This document shows, piece by piece, positions 1 through 10,256 of a stretch of DNA of 64,000 nucleotides. The stretch is from Camelus ferus. Lineage: Eukaryota. Each line of letters opens with the position of its first letter. The stretch's first letter is position 1. The DNA lies in NCBI RefSeq assembly GCF_009834535.1, contig NC_045717.1:27156001-27220000 (forward strand), given 5' to 3'. Below the pieces are notes generated by a model. That model was not told the DNA's origin. It worked only from the letters and a program-made list of their open reading frames with translations, and made no database searches. A program made the translations under genes and the position numbers.

Positions 1-134
1 GGCCCAAGGCCAGGGTGTGTCCAGCGAGGGGCACGCAGTAGCAGGCAGGTGCGTCCCGTCCCAACACCCCTCGGTAAACACACGCTCCCCCGACTCTTCG
101 CGGGCCCCAGGTCCCGCTAAGGAGTGTGCGTGTG

Positions 135-148
135 GCGCCCCCTGGTGG
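135..148 (-). promoter_or_regulatory. CTCF consensus site
   Basis: Minus strand reads CCACCAGGGGGCGC, the core CTCF consensus. Confidence 0.6.
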
Positions 149-1409
149 TAGCTGGAGGTCAGGGCCGGGCAGCCACGACCCCCACCAGCCCTGGGCCTGG
201 GGTTTCTGGGACCGGCGCCCCCTTCCTGGGAATGGCAGGCAGTTCCCCTCAGGGAATAGCATAAACAGGGAGTAGGGTCCTTTAAGGACCCCCTACTCTC
301 CCCACAGATACTCGGTCAGCAAACAGAGCAGCCTGTTTCACCCCTGGGACCTGTGGGCTCTGCAGGGCAGGGGCCTTGTCCGTTCCATTCCAGAACCCAC
401 TGAGCCTGAAACTGGTGGCTGGTGGGCCAAGGAGTGTCTTCAGTTTTTCTGGCACTGTATGTTGGACTTTTTTGTCAACATTGACAAATGCTGATTTCAC
501 ATCTAAGCCCAGATTTCTGGCTCCTCTGGAGATTTAGGAAGAGCTGGCCCAACACTCCTGGAGACCCCTGCCACACCTTGCTCAGCAGTCAGCCTGAGAC
601 CCTCACCCAGACCTGCTGAAGGCCTGGCCTGTGTCCAGAGCGGGGACGTGGGGTGACCACACCCCCTAGATGTGGGGACAGTGGCCCTAGACAAGCCCTT
701 TCCCCTCTGGAACTTGGTTTCCCCAGATGCACCACGTGGGAGGCCTAGGTGGTGCCTACAGGACTCCCAAGGCTTGGCCCTGCCTCCTGCAACCTCCTGC
801 TTCCTGCCCTTAAACCCCACCCATTTTGCTCCATATATTGAGATGCAGGCCAGGCAAGCAGGTGACCCCCATCCCCAGGGAACTGGAGGGGCTGCCTTCT
901 CCACCGTGGAGCTGCTCTTGGGGTCTCTGGGCCTCGGCCACACCCCTCCTCAGCTAGAGACCCAAGATGGGCATCCCCACAGCTGCCCCAGTGGCAGCTA
1001 ACCCTTCCAGACAGACCTGTCTCCATCAGAGCGAGGCCCCTTGAATCACCCAAGTCGTAGGGAACATTCTGCCCAGGACGGGTGGGTGACAGGCAGCTGT
1101 GCGTGGGGACTGCCTGTCCCGTCCTGGGGGCCCCATGGGAAGCATGCCCTGGCTTTGTCCAGGTCCTCTGAAGCCTGGAAGCAGGTTTAGAGAAAAGTGC
1201 TACTGCCTGGAGAACCAGCTGGTGACTCAACATCCTGACTCTCAGAGCTGCTGCCAGGCGCTCGCCCACTTCCTGCCTTCACCGTCTATCCCGCCCCTGT
1301 GCACCTCAACCTCACTCTGGGCCTCGGAACCTTTCAGTGCTTGGCCCCTCCCACTGAACCTCCCGTAAGCGTTCTTGGTAAGACCCAGGCCGGGTGCAGA
1401 CAGGAGACG

Positions 1410-2184
1410 GGAGAGGACAGGGGTCAGCATTTATTGGTGAGCAGGAAGGTGGGGTGGGGGGTTCACGCCCAGCTGAGGAGGAGGCCCATCACAGCAGCTC
1501 TGTCTCCGAGGTGGTCAGCCAGACCACCCACTTTCCACGTGGGTGGATGAGGGGGAGCAGTGAGGAAGATGCCCCCAAGGGTGGCCGTGTCGTTAGAGCC
1601 GTCCAGAGCCACAGCACAGACCTGCGGTGACCGACGCGCTGGCTTCCTACAGCGCGTGCTTGGGCCTGCGCGTGACCTGTGACCTTCCACCAAGGGCAGG
1701 GACTTGGCTCCAGCCCCAACATGGGCCAGCAGCCTCGGGAGAGGGACCTGGGGTGGGAAGCCTGTTCTTCCTCCACACCCCACCCAGTGACAGACTAGGA
1801 GACCAATGGCCCAGGGGACATGAGGGGAGGGGTGGTGGGGGCAGTGGGGGAACAGGCCAGGGGTCCAGTGAGGGCACAGGCAGGAGGCGGAGGATGGGCT
1901 GAGAGGGCAGCAGAGGCCTTACAAACCTCATGGCTACCCTGGGGTACTCGTGAAATGTCTAAAAACAGAAAAGCAAACCCCTAAAGGACAGAATTCTACA
2001 CGTAGAAACCCCAGCTTGGATTTTTTTAAAAAGGAAAGGAAACGTGTGATTTGAATGCACAACTTGGTTTGCTTTCGCAGGGTGGCTTTCCTTAAGAGGA
2101 AAGAGCAGGGGCTGTGCAAACACCGGGAAACTCGGGGCTCCTCCAGGCGGAGGCTCAGCGCCTGTGCAGACTGGTCCTCACAGC
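1410..2184 (-). other. BSG: BSG non-coding terminal exon (3' UTR)
   Basis: cag acceptor at 2187-2185 and AATAAA at 1435-1430. The stop codon lies in the previous exon, as in human BSG. Confidence 0.65.
1430..1435 (-). terminator. BSG: BSG polyadenylation signal AATAAA
   Basis: tttatt on plus, at the end of the non-coding last exon (acceptor at about 2184). Confidence 0.8.
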
Positions 2185-2264
2185 CTGTGGGGGAGGGGGC
2201 GCTCAGACCTGCAGGCTGGCGGAACAGGACCCGCCCCCTCCCCTCCTCTCTCCTCCCCCTCACC

Positions 2265-2337
2265 TCAGCTGCCGTTCCTCTGGCGAACATTCTTGCCTTT
2301 CTTGCCTTTGTCGTTCACGTGGTGCCCGCTGCTCTTC
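2265..2337 (-). CDS. BSG: Basigin (CD147), last coding exon
   Basis: Encodes (L)KSSGHHVNDKGKKGKNVRQRNGS*. cag acceptor, TGA at 2267-2265, donor gtgagg one base later. Confidence 0.95.
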
Positions 2338-2445
2338 CTGCGGACAGGAGGGGCTCTGTGGCCTTAGGATGCACAGCGGCCCGCCCACCCACCCCCCAAA
2401 GACCCTGCCCAGGGGCATGCCTGCCTTGATGAGGCCGGGACTTAC

Positions 2446-2470
2446 AGTGGAGCAGAGCCGGTGTCGTCAT
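2446..2470 (-). CDS. BSG: Basigin 25-nt micro-exon
   Basis: cag|ATGACGACACCGGCTCTGCTCCACT|gtaagt encodes DDDTGSAPL and keeps the frame. Confidence 0.93.
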
Positions 2471-2661
2471 CTGAACAGATGCACCGCCGCATGCAAGAGA
2501 GGAGAAAGGGCTGTCAGCAGTGATCCCCGCAGGGCGGCCCCTGTCCTGCCGGGCTCCGAGGGGAGCCCGCCACACTCCAGGCACACGCGCCCTCAAAAGA
2601 GTGGTCAGAGGTGGCCGTGTGAGGGGCACCTGGGAGCCCTGCCCGTGCCCACGACCCGCCC

Positions 2662-2662
2662 G

Positions 2663-2698
<36 letters not shown>

Positions 2699-2700
2699 CA
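2662..2700. repeat. (GCAG)n / (CCTG)n tetranucleotide repeat, about 10 units
   Basis: Direct reading, in a BSG intron. Confidence 0.95.
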
Positions 2701-2949
2701 CCCCGCTCGGCCCCCGGCTGCCCCACCACCCAAGGTCTGGGCCTTACTCAGCGCCACAGCCTTGGGTCCCAAGCAGCCAGAGACAGGAGGGGGCACTCAC
2801 CCTGGAGGACGCCCACTGGCAGCCCAGTTGGGGAAGAGGGAGTCTGTGCAGGCGAGCAGACCCTGAGGCCCACACTCCTGGAAAGCGGCTCCAGCCCGGG
2901 GTCCCCCCACCCAGGAGGGGAGCAGAAGGTGTGTGAGGCTGAGGCTCAC

Positions 2950-3226
2950 CATCCAGGACCTCGTCCGGCTTCCGCCGCTTCTCGTAGATGAAGATGACAG
3001 TGACCAGCACAAGCACCTCTGCCACGATGCCCAGGAAGGGCCAGAGGGCGGCGAAGCGGTTGCGCACGCGCAGCATGATGACTGCCTGGCCGGTGCCCTC
3101 CGTGTTGGTGCCGTTGCAGGCGTACTTGCCGGGGTCCGCCTCCAGGTCCAGGTTCGGGATGTGCAGCTCCGTCTTGGACTCCGAGGAGACCACGAAGAAC
3201 TTGCTCTGGGAGCTGTTGGCGATGAC
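2950..3226 (-). CDS. BSG: Basigin exon: Ig2 C-half and transmembrane domain
   Basis: 277 nt, VIANSSQSKFF...LWPFLGIVAEVLVLVTVIFIYEKRRKPDEVLD, with the hallmark Glu in the TM segment. GT-AG boundaries. Confidence 0.97.
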
Positions 3227-3296
3227 CTGGGGGCAGGTAGACGTTGTGAGGGACAGAGGCGGGGCCCGCATCCTCCCCCGCCGGTGCAGGCCTCAC

Positions 3297-3433
3297 CTGG
3301 TCTCCAGAGTCGCTCATCTTGTACCACAGCCAGTCAGTGACGGGCGGGAAGGAGTCCGACTTGCAGCCCAGCACCACGGTCTCCCCCTCGGTGGCATGCT
3401 CCGACTTCTTCACAGCCTTGACGTTGGGGGGCC
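3297..3433 (-). CDS. BSG: Basigin exon: Ig2 N-half
   Basis: 137 nt, GPPNVKAVKKSEHATEGETVVLGCKSDSFPPVTDWLWYKMSDSGDQ. GT-AG boundaries. Confidence 0.97.
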
Positions 3434-3543
3434 CTACCAGAGGGAGAAGAGCTGATTGGAGCCTGCCCTACCCACCGCGCACCGCCCTCCTCCGCGGCGG
3501 GGCCTGCGGATGCGCCCCTCCTGCCTTGCCCCGTGGCCCCCAC

Positions 3544-3626
3544 CTTTCACTTCTAGGTTGGTCCGGCCTGCGTGCTCCGGGAGGAAGATGCAGGAGTACT
3601 GGCCCGAGCGGTCATCCAAGTCCACC
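3544..3626 (-). CDS. BSG: Basigin exon: Ig1 C-half
   Basis: 83 nt, VDLDDRSGQYSCIFLPEHAGRTNLEVK. GT-AG boundaries. Confidence 0.96.
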
Positions 3627-4059
3627 CTGCAAGCAGACGTAGTGGGGAGGTGTGAGCCAGAAAGCAGGTCCATCCAGACCCCTGCAGTGAAGGGGGTGGC
3701 TCCACCGGGTCCTGCAGGGCCGGAGGGCACACCACCTGCTCCCCGTGAAGGTGGTACCAGGACGTGGAGGGGGGTGCCAGCAGGCTCACCCCACATCCCC
3801 AGCCCTGCACCCGGCCACCATCCAAGCCTGAACAGCCCGCCCTGGGATTCCCGCCCCCAGAAAGGACGGAAGGGTCTCAGAGGTGCTGAAGTCTGGCAGC
3901 CACTGGACCCCTCCCTGGATCCCAGGCCTCTGAGCCTCCAAACCCCTGTCAGAGCCTGTTTCTACCATCTGTCCAAAGCCAGCCCCCTGAATACAGCCTT
4001 CACTCCGGCTGACTAGAGGCTCTGCAGCCAGGACAGGTCTGGCCTCTGGCCTCACTCAC

Positions 4060-4216
4060 TCATACTCCGTCCTCAGGCCAGGCAGCGTGTCCTCCTTCAG
4101 CACCTTGTCCCCCTTCACCCAGCGGTGGCCCACGATCTCAGTGGTGCTCTGATTCAAGGCGCAGGTGAGGCGTGTCTTGGAGCCAACATCGTCTATGGAA
4201 GTCCAGATCCTGCTCC
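4060..4216 (-). CDS. BSG: Basigin exon: Ig1 N-half
   Basis: 157 nt, GSRIWTSIDDVGSKTRLTCALNQSTTEIVGHRWVKGDKVLKEDTLPGLRTEY. GT-AG boundaries. Confidence 0.96.
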
Positions 4217-5094
4217 CTGGGCAGCCAAAGAAGACATCAGAAAAGGGTCAGGGAAAAAAGGACCGAACCCAATACCCCAAGTGGCCTGCCACTTGCCCCC
4301 ACGGCACAGCCAAGTGGCCCCAACTCCACAGGCTCCACAGTGGGAGAGAAGCCTTGGGCTGGTTTACAAAGCCAAGAACAGCACAGGGCTCCTGGACAGA
4401 CCTCCCCTCAGGGTCTGAGGCCCTCGGCTGGGACCTGCCTGATGCAGGATTCTGCTGGGAACAGTCTTCACTGGCTGGGCCTCAGGTGTGGGAACAGGAG
4501 CAACGCCCACCCCGGTCCTGGAACAAGGACCGAGACAGCGGGGTCCAGCCCCGCACAGGCCCGGAATGCCCTTATAGAAACAGTCTATCAGCGCCCACCT
4601 CACCACTCCTCCTGTTGGTCTTGGCCAGGCCACCCGAGGTGGTACGGGGGCTCCAGGCGGCCTGTCCTGGAGATGCCTGTTTACCAGAAGGTCACACAGG
4701 CCACAGAGCCTCCACACAGATGACCCTCTGTCTGCCTGTCCGGGATGCCGGGGTGGACTCCCAGCAGCCCTGGGAACAGCCAGCGGACCTTCCACTCAAA
4801 TTCCGACCAGACAAACCTCCCCCATTCACTTAGGGCGTTCTCTTTAAGAACAGAAATGTGAAATCACTGAGAGTCAGACGCTGAGAACACACTGACGGTT
4901 CTGGAGAGCCGGGAGACTGGGTTTGAGCTGGGGAGAGCTTCTCTCCAGGGACCAGGTGGTAGACCCCAGACCTCCAAGCGTTCAGGCAGGGGGCCAGGAG
5001 AACAGGCCAGAATGAGAAGCCCGCTGCTGGGGGTAGGGCCGAACCCCCAGCTGCTGACCATCAGTGGAGCAGGAAGGCCACTTGGGCATATCAG

Positions 5095-5204
5095 AGCCCC
5101 ATCCCAGGGCTGGGAGCAGGTGTTGTGGGGACAACTCCTGTCAAACCAGCCCACACCATCCCCTGCCCGCCTTCATGGGGATGGTGGGGACTTTATAAAG
5201 CCAG
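5095..5204 (-). pseudogene. BSG: Decayed relic of the retina-specific basigin-1 Ig0 exon
   Basis: Translates AGFIKSPPSP*RRAGDGVGWFDRSCPHNTCSQPWDGA, against human AGFVQAPLSQQRWVGGSV(ELHCEAVGSPVPEIQW)WFEGQGPNDTCSQLWDGA recalled from memory. The acceptor reads AC, there is an in-frame TGA at 5175-5173, and the 3' part of the exon was not found. Confidence 0.85.
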
Positions 5205-5978
5205 GTCCGAGGCACAGTGGTGTCAGCGCAATTGTTAGTTGATCTGAAAGTGTTTCCCCAGAACCGTCACCTGCACTTATGCACCCCAAAGGCGGCCCTT
5301 CCAGAAGCCCATGCCCACAGGACTTGGGCATATGTGCACCAGCCCAGGGAGAAGCCTTCTTCGGGAGGGGAGATGAAGGAGCAGAACACCAGACTGAATC
5401 CTAGACAATTCAGCCAAGTATGGAGGCAGCGCCAGAGCAGAAGCGACAGGAACGCAAACGAGAGGCGGGCAGTGGGCTCTGACACCCCCAGACCTGCTTC
5501 CGTGCTGGGATCACACGGTGACTGTGATGGCAGAGCTGGGCCACCACAGACAAAACACCCGATCAGAGGTCGTGAGGCCAGTCTGATGGTCATCTTGGCC
5601 ACCTGACACTCGACACCAGCAAACCTCCGTGCCATGCCCAGTACCTCAGCCCAGAGGGAAGAAGTCCCAACCGCAGGAGAGGGGGACCTCCACACAGACC
5701 ACACCCGCATCCACATGCGGACTCTTACCGCTAAGTAAATTAGAATGGGCAGATGCCACAGCTGGTCTGCTTTCTGGAATGACCAAGGGCAGAGTTCACC
5801 ATCTTCTTAGGTGTCTGAGGTCAGGCCCCACCCTGTCCCACCTTGAAGGGACAGGAGTAAGTCCAGGCGGGGCCAGTCCTCACTGCCCCACCTCTGGCCA
5901 TCTGCTGGCTCTTTCTTTAAAAGACACGGCGTCTCAGAACTCCAGGAGACTGAGAAAGCAGCACAAACCAGAGGGTGG

Positions 5979-6310
5979 TGAGTCAGGCAGGAAAGCCAGG
6001 AGGCCCCTCTGCTGCTCAGCCTGCCCCGGGGAACACACTGCAGCAGTGCCCTCACGCACCAGGGCCCCGGGCTGTGGAGCCACACCGCTGCTGGCCTCGA
6101 GGCCCCAGGCCAGGCCTACACAGGCAGCCCACAGGCTGAGTCAGGCCAGGCAGTTATAGCCCGAGGGTGAGAAGCTGGAAGCTCACCTTTGTGCCACTTT
6201 CCCCAAAGGATGGCCTCCTGGGAACCCACACACTCCAGTCAAGACTTTCCAAGGTTGCAAAACTGGCAGCTCCACGCAGAGCTGGGAGTGGTGAGTCAGG
6301 GCAGGAAGTG
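5979..6310. promoter_or_regulatory. BSG: Candidate AP-1/ETS intronic enhancer
   Basis: TGAGTCA at 5979, 6137 and 6292. The first and third are followed by GCAGGAA. Confidence 0.45.
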
Positions 6311-8876
6311 AGGCCAGAGGCAGCCCTTCTCCCAGGCACGGCCAGCCTGTCTCCACCCTAGAGCCTCAGTCTGTGCCCTTGTCCCCTCACCCAGGGCAGC
6401 GAGAAAGGCCAGTCAGGTCTTATCCAGGCCCCACCCTGCCTGCTGGGGGGGGGGAAGAAGTGGTGGGAGATGGGCCACTCCAGGTGGGAGCAGGGCGGGG
6501 CCTGGGCTCTCAGAGAGGGGCCCAAGGTGGGCCCCCAACTGCCCCCCAACAGGGGGTCTGCAGAGGCCAGTGCAGTTCCCAGCCTGGTCCAGGACCCACA
6601 GGCCGACACCCCTGCCCTGGCCCAGGGGCCACGTGGGCAGCAGGAGACCGAACCAGGCCCCACCTGGCCACCTGCCAGCCCATCCCCCGAGGGGCCCCTT
6701 GGGAGCTGCCACATCCCAGTCGTGCATTCTCAACAGGGCCCCTTGGTAGTTTGGGGTCTGTGGCCCTCCCAGGGCCACCACAGAGACTTGTCACAAGTAA
6801 TATAACATGTGTGACACTAATGTCACCGGGACAGGCCACTAGGAAGAATGCCTCAAAATGCTCCTCAGGGAGCGAGGACAGAAAAAGGGTGAAAAGTACA
6901 CTCACAGCAAACCCCACAGGGAGCACCCCAAACTCACAGGGACCCTTGGGCACAGGCAGCTGCCTTCAAGCCTCCACCCCGGAACAGCGCAAGCTCAGTT
7001 CTGGCCACGTGACCAGAACCCACGTTCTCCAGTAAAGTCACCTTCATCTAAAAACAGCCGCCCTCCTCCATGCCCACTCGGCGGCAGGCCGGGGCGCAGG
7101 GCCAAGCAGGCCTGGCGGTAAACAGCCCAGAGCGCCCAGGATGAGGCAGCAGACGATCGCCCTCCTCCCCACCCACCGCAGGCAGCTCAGGGAGGAGACA
7201 CCCCCTTCCAGGATGCCAGCACAGGGCTCTTCACCCCTGCACCCTGCCAGGAGGGGGCTCCCAATCCCCTCACCTGAGGCTCAGAGGGACCCAGCTAGCA
7301 AGCCCGTGGCCCGGCCCACCAGCCCCGCCAGGACACTGGGACCCTGGACAATCCTGGAGAGCCGGAGTCCCCCAGCAGGAGGGTTGTCCTGGGGCCGCAG
7401 CTGACACGGGTGCCGAGGACCCCCGCTCCAGGCAGAGTCCCCGGAAGCGTTTCTGGAGAACTGACCTGGCCAGGAGAGGCAAACACTGCCAGTAATTCAC
7501 TCATCCCAGGCCAAAAAGACGAGTGACCCAGACTTTCAGATGTTTTCAAGAGTCCCTAGAAAGGTGGAAAGTGAAGAAGACAAAGCACAGACACAGCCCC
7601 AGGCGGATCTGACACAATATAAATAATCCAAGACTGCCCACCCACACGGTGAGTCCCCCAGAGCAGCCCCACAGGCCACGCTCTCTGATGAGGACGAGGG
7701 CCCTCCTTCCCTGCCGGCTGGGGCTTCTAGCGGGGCAGCATGCCTGCCCCGGGCCACGCCCAGAGGTGGTCCATAAATGGCTGTTTTGATGATAAGGAAG
7801 AGGAAAGAGACAGACCCAGATCTTAAAGTGGGTCAGGAGTAAGTCGGTGAAGCTTCCACAAGAGCAGGCCCCTCCCAGGCTCTGCCCAAGCCCCAGCGGC
7901 CCCCTGATCAGGGCTCAGGACAGCTGCCACCGGGACTCAGGGCTCACTGGCTCCTACCTCCCCCCTGGGAAGAACCCGAGACCCTGCTGATCTGCACTTT
8001 GTTCTCTACAAGCAGGTCACTATAAATCGTTAACCCAGCACCAAAGGGGAAGTCTACATCGATACAAGAAAAAAAAAAAAAAAACTCTCAAGCAAAAGAG
8101 GCTATCCTGCTTTCGCCTGGAAAAACACACCTTAATCCATTTTGCCGTGACCATTCTCTAAATCACGTCTGCCCACCCAACAGGCTGCCGCTCACGTCCA
8201 GAGCTCTGAAAACACTGTTTAATAAGAGTCCGTAAAAACCGTCCCGCAGCACTTTCTGCTCTGAACCGGGTAGCTCACGGTGACCTTGGAATACCTCTGC
8301 TCCCGGTCGGGGCCTCAGTTTCCACCCCTACACAAGGAGGCGGGTGGACTAGCCGCCATCTCCTGCTAGACCCCTAAACCAGACAAAAGGGAAAGGAAGC
8401 GTTTGCCCTCCTACAAGGAATTCAGCGTTCGGGCGACCCCCAAGGGCAGGTGCATAGCCAGAGCAAGACACGGGACCTAAATCCTGAGAAGAATGACAAT
8501 CCCTCCGGCCCGCCTCAGGAGCCGTCACATGCCTGGGTGACAGAGTCCCCTTGGGGACAAGAGCCCACCTCCTGGATGTCAGCCAGGGCCCAGGCGCCCT
8601 AGGGTTCCCCTGCGCCCCCCGCCCCAGCACACCGAGCAGGAAGTTGCCTCCTAAGCTGCCTCGACCAGGTCGGCTCCAGGCCGGCGGTCTCCCTCCCGCC
8701 CCGGGGCCTCCCACCCGGACCCCCGGGCCAGTCTCCCTCGTTCAGCCGGGGTCTCCCTCCCTACCCACACGGCCGGGGTCTCCTGTGGAGCGGACGGAGG
8801 GCCGCCCCTCGCCAGGCCGGACCACTAGAGGGCTCCTCGCCCCCACCGCCAGCGGGCCACGCCGCGGGGCCCTCAC

Positions 8877-8943
8877 CTTCCCCGGAGCCGCCCTGGGCGC
8901 CCAGCAGCGCGAGCCCCAGCACCATGAGCCGCACAGCCGCCAT
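8877..8943 (-). CDS. BSG: Basigin exon 1, signal peptide. Full CDS join 8877-8943, 4060-4216, 3544-3626, 3297-3433, 2950-3226, 2446-2470, 2265-2337 = 819 nt, 272 aa
   Basis: MAAVRLMVLGLALLGAQGGSGE(G), 67 nt, donor gtgagg. Confidence 0.96.
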
Positions 8944-8981
8944 GTCCCACCGTCCCACCGTCCCACCGTCCCGCTGTCCCC
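8944..8981. repeat. 8-bp tandem repeat (gtcccacc)n in the BSG 5' UTR
   Basis: Three perfect and two degenerate units immediately upstream of the ATG. Confidence 0.9.
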
Positions 8982-9426
8982 GCGCGATCGCCGCCCGCGG
9001 CGATATAAGAATCAGGCGGCGGGCGCGCGCACGCAGGCGGCGTCGCGGGGCGGGGCTCACATACGGCGCGACGGCCACCGCCTGCGCACGCGCACGGAAG
9101 CACGAACGCAGGCGCGGACCCGGGCGGGCTCGCGCTACGGAAGCCGATTGGTAGGGGCCACGTGACCACTGGGGCGGGCCGCGCCCTCGACCCAGGGGCG
9201 TGGCCACGTTGCGGGAAAACGGGGGCGGGGCCTGCGAGGCCGGGCGGGGAGCCTCGCTCCTCTCTTCCTTCTTCCACGAAGTTGGAAGCGAGATCAGAAC
9301 TGAACGCTCAAAGTGGTTAAAATGCTCAATTTCTGTGTACTTTACCACCGTACAAAAATTTTTTTTAAAGCATCGAGAGAGGCCCTGGGGATCCCTGTGA
9401 ACAGGTGGGATGTGTCCCCTGGGGCG

Positions 9427-9612
9427 AGGCTGCCAGATTTAGCGAATAAAAATACCTGGATGGCAGTTAGGTTAGACTTTCAGGTAGAGAATGAGTAAGT
9501 TCTTGGTGTAAATGTCCCGTGCGGGGTTTGACACGGTTGTGCAAGGAACGTATTCACCATTTATCTGAATGGAAGTCGAATGTAACTGGCCGGCCTGCAT
9601 TTGGCTGGAAAA
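9427..9612. mobile_element. MER53-like palindromic hAT MITE
   Basis: gctgccagatttagcgaataaaaatac...gtaactggccggcctgcatttggctggaaa resembles MER53. Confidence 0.6.
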
Positions 9613-9931
9613 CGCACCCTGAGGTCCCTGTGTTTTTACACAAATACTTTCTTTAAATGTCAAAAGAATTTCAAACAAAACCAGGGTACGTAATCTTCTT
9701 GACCCTGGATTAGGCAGTGGTTTCTCACATGTGTCTGCAAAAGCGCAGGCAACAAAAACAACAAAGACATAAACGGGACTTCATCAGAATTAAAAACTTT
9801 TGCGCTTCAAAGGACACCAAGAAGAAAGTGAAAAAAAAAACAACGCACAGAATAGGAGAAAATACTGGGAAATCACATATCTGACAAGGGACTTGTATCT
9901 AGAATATATAAGGAACAAACAACCCAATTTT

Positions 9932-10054
9932 CTTTTTCAGCAGGTAGGGGGAGGTAATTAGGTTTTTAATTATTTATAATGGCAGTACTGGGGATTGAAC
10001 CCAGGACCTTGTGCATGCCAAGCACGCACTCTACCGCTAACCTATCCCTCCCCC
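9932..10054 (-). mobile_element. tRNA-derived camelid SINE (vic-1-like)
   Basis: Reverse complement has a tRNA-like head with B box GGTTCAATCCC, an AT-rich tail and a flanking TSD acaacccaatttt. Confidence 0.85.
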
Positions 10055-10070
10055 GTCACAACCCAATTTT

Positions 10071-10256
10071 TTTTTAACTTGAAGTATAGTCAATTTACAA
10101 TGTTGTGTCCATTTCTGGTGTATAGCACAATGCTTCAGTCATACCTGAATTTACATATATTCGTTTTCATATTCTGACAACCCAATTTTTTTTAACATTT
10201 TTTATTGATTTATAATCATTTTACAATGTTGTGTCAGATTCCAGTGTAGAGCACAA
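10071..10256 (-). mobile_element. Two short, 5'-truncated young L1 3' ends in tandem
   Basis: polyT+ttgaagtatagtcaatttacaatgttgtg (10071-10176) and polyT+ttattgatttataatcattttacaatgttgtg (10190-10256), separated by the same TSD. Confidence 0.7.

Larger units (their letters stand above)
8640..9310 (-). promoter_or_regulatory. BSG: BSG CpG-island promoter
   Basis: CpG-dense. CCAAT at 9147-9151, E-box CACGTG at 9159-9164, GC boxes, TATA-like TTATAT near 9004-9009. Confidence 0.85.

Noticed and set aside
4864-5094. Continuation of the ORF-track 96-aa ORF after DGA as a possible novel Ig0 replacement
   Set aside because: No similarity to the Ig0 C-half, the upstream acceptor is destroyed, and the frame upstream contains a stop.
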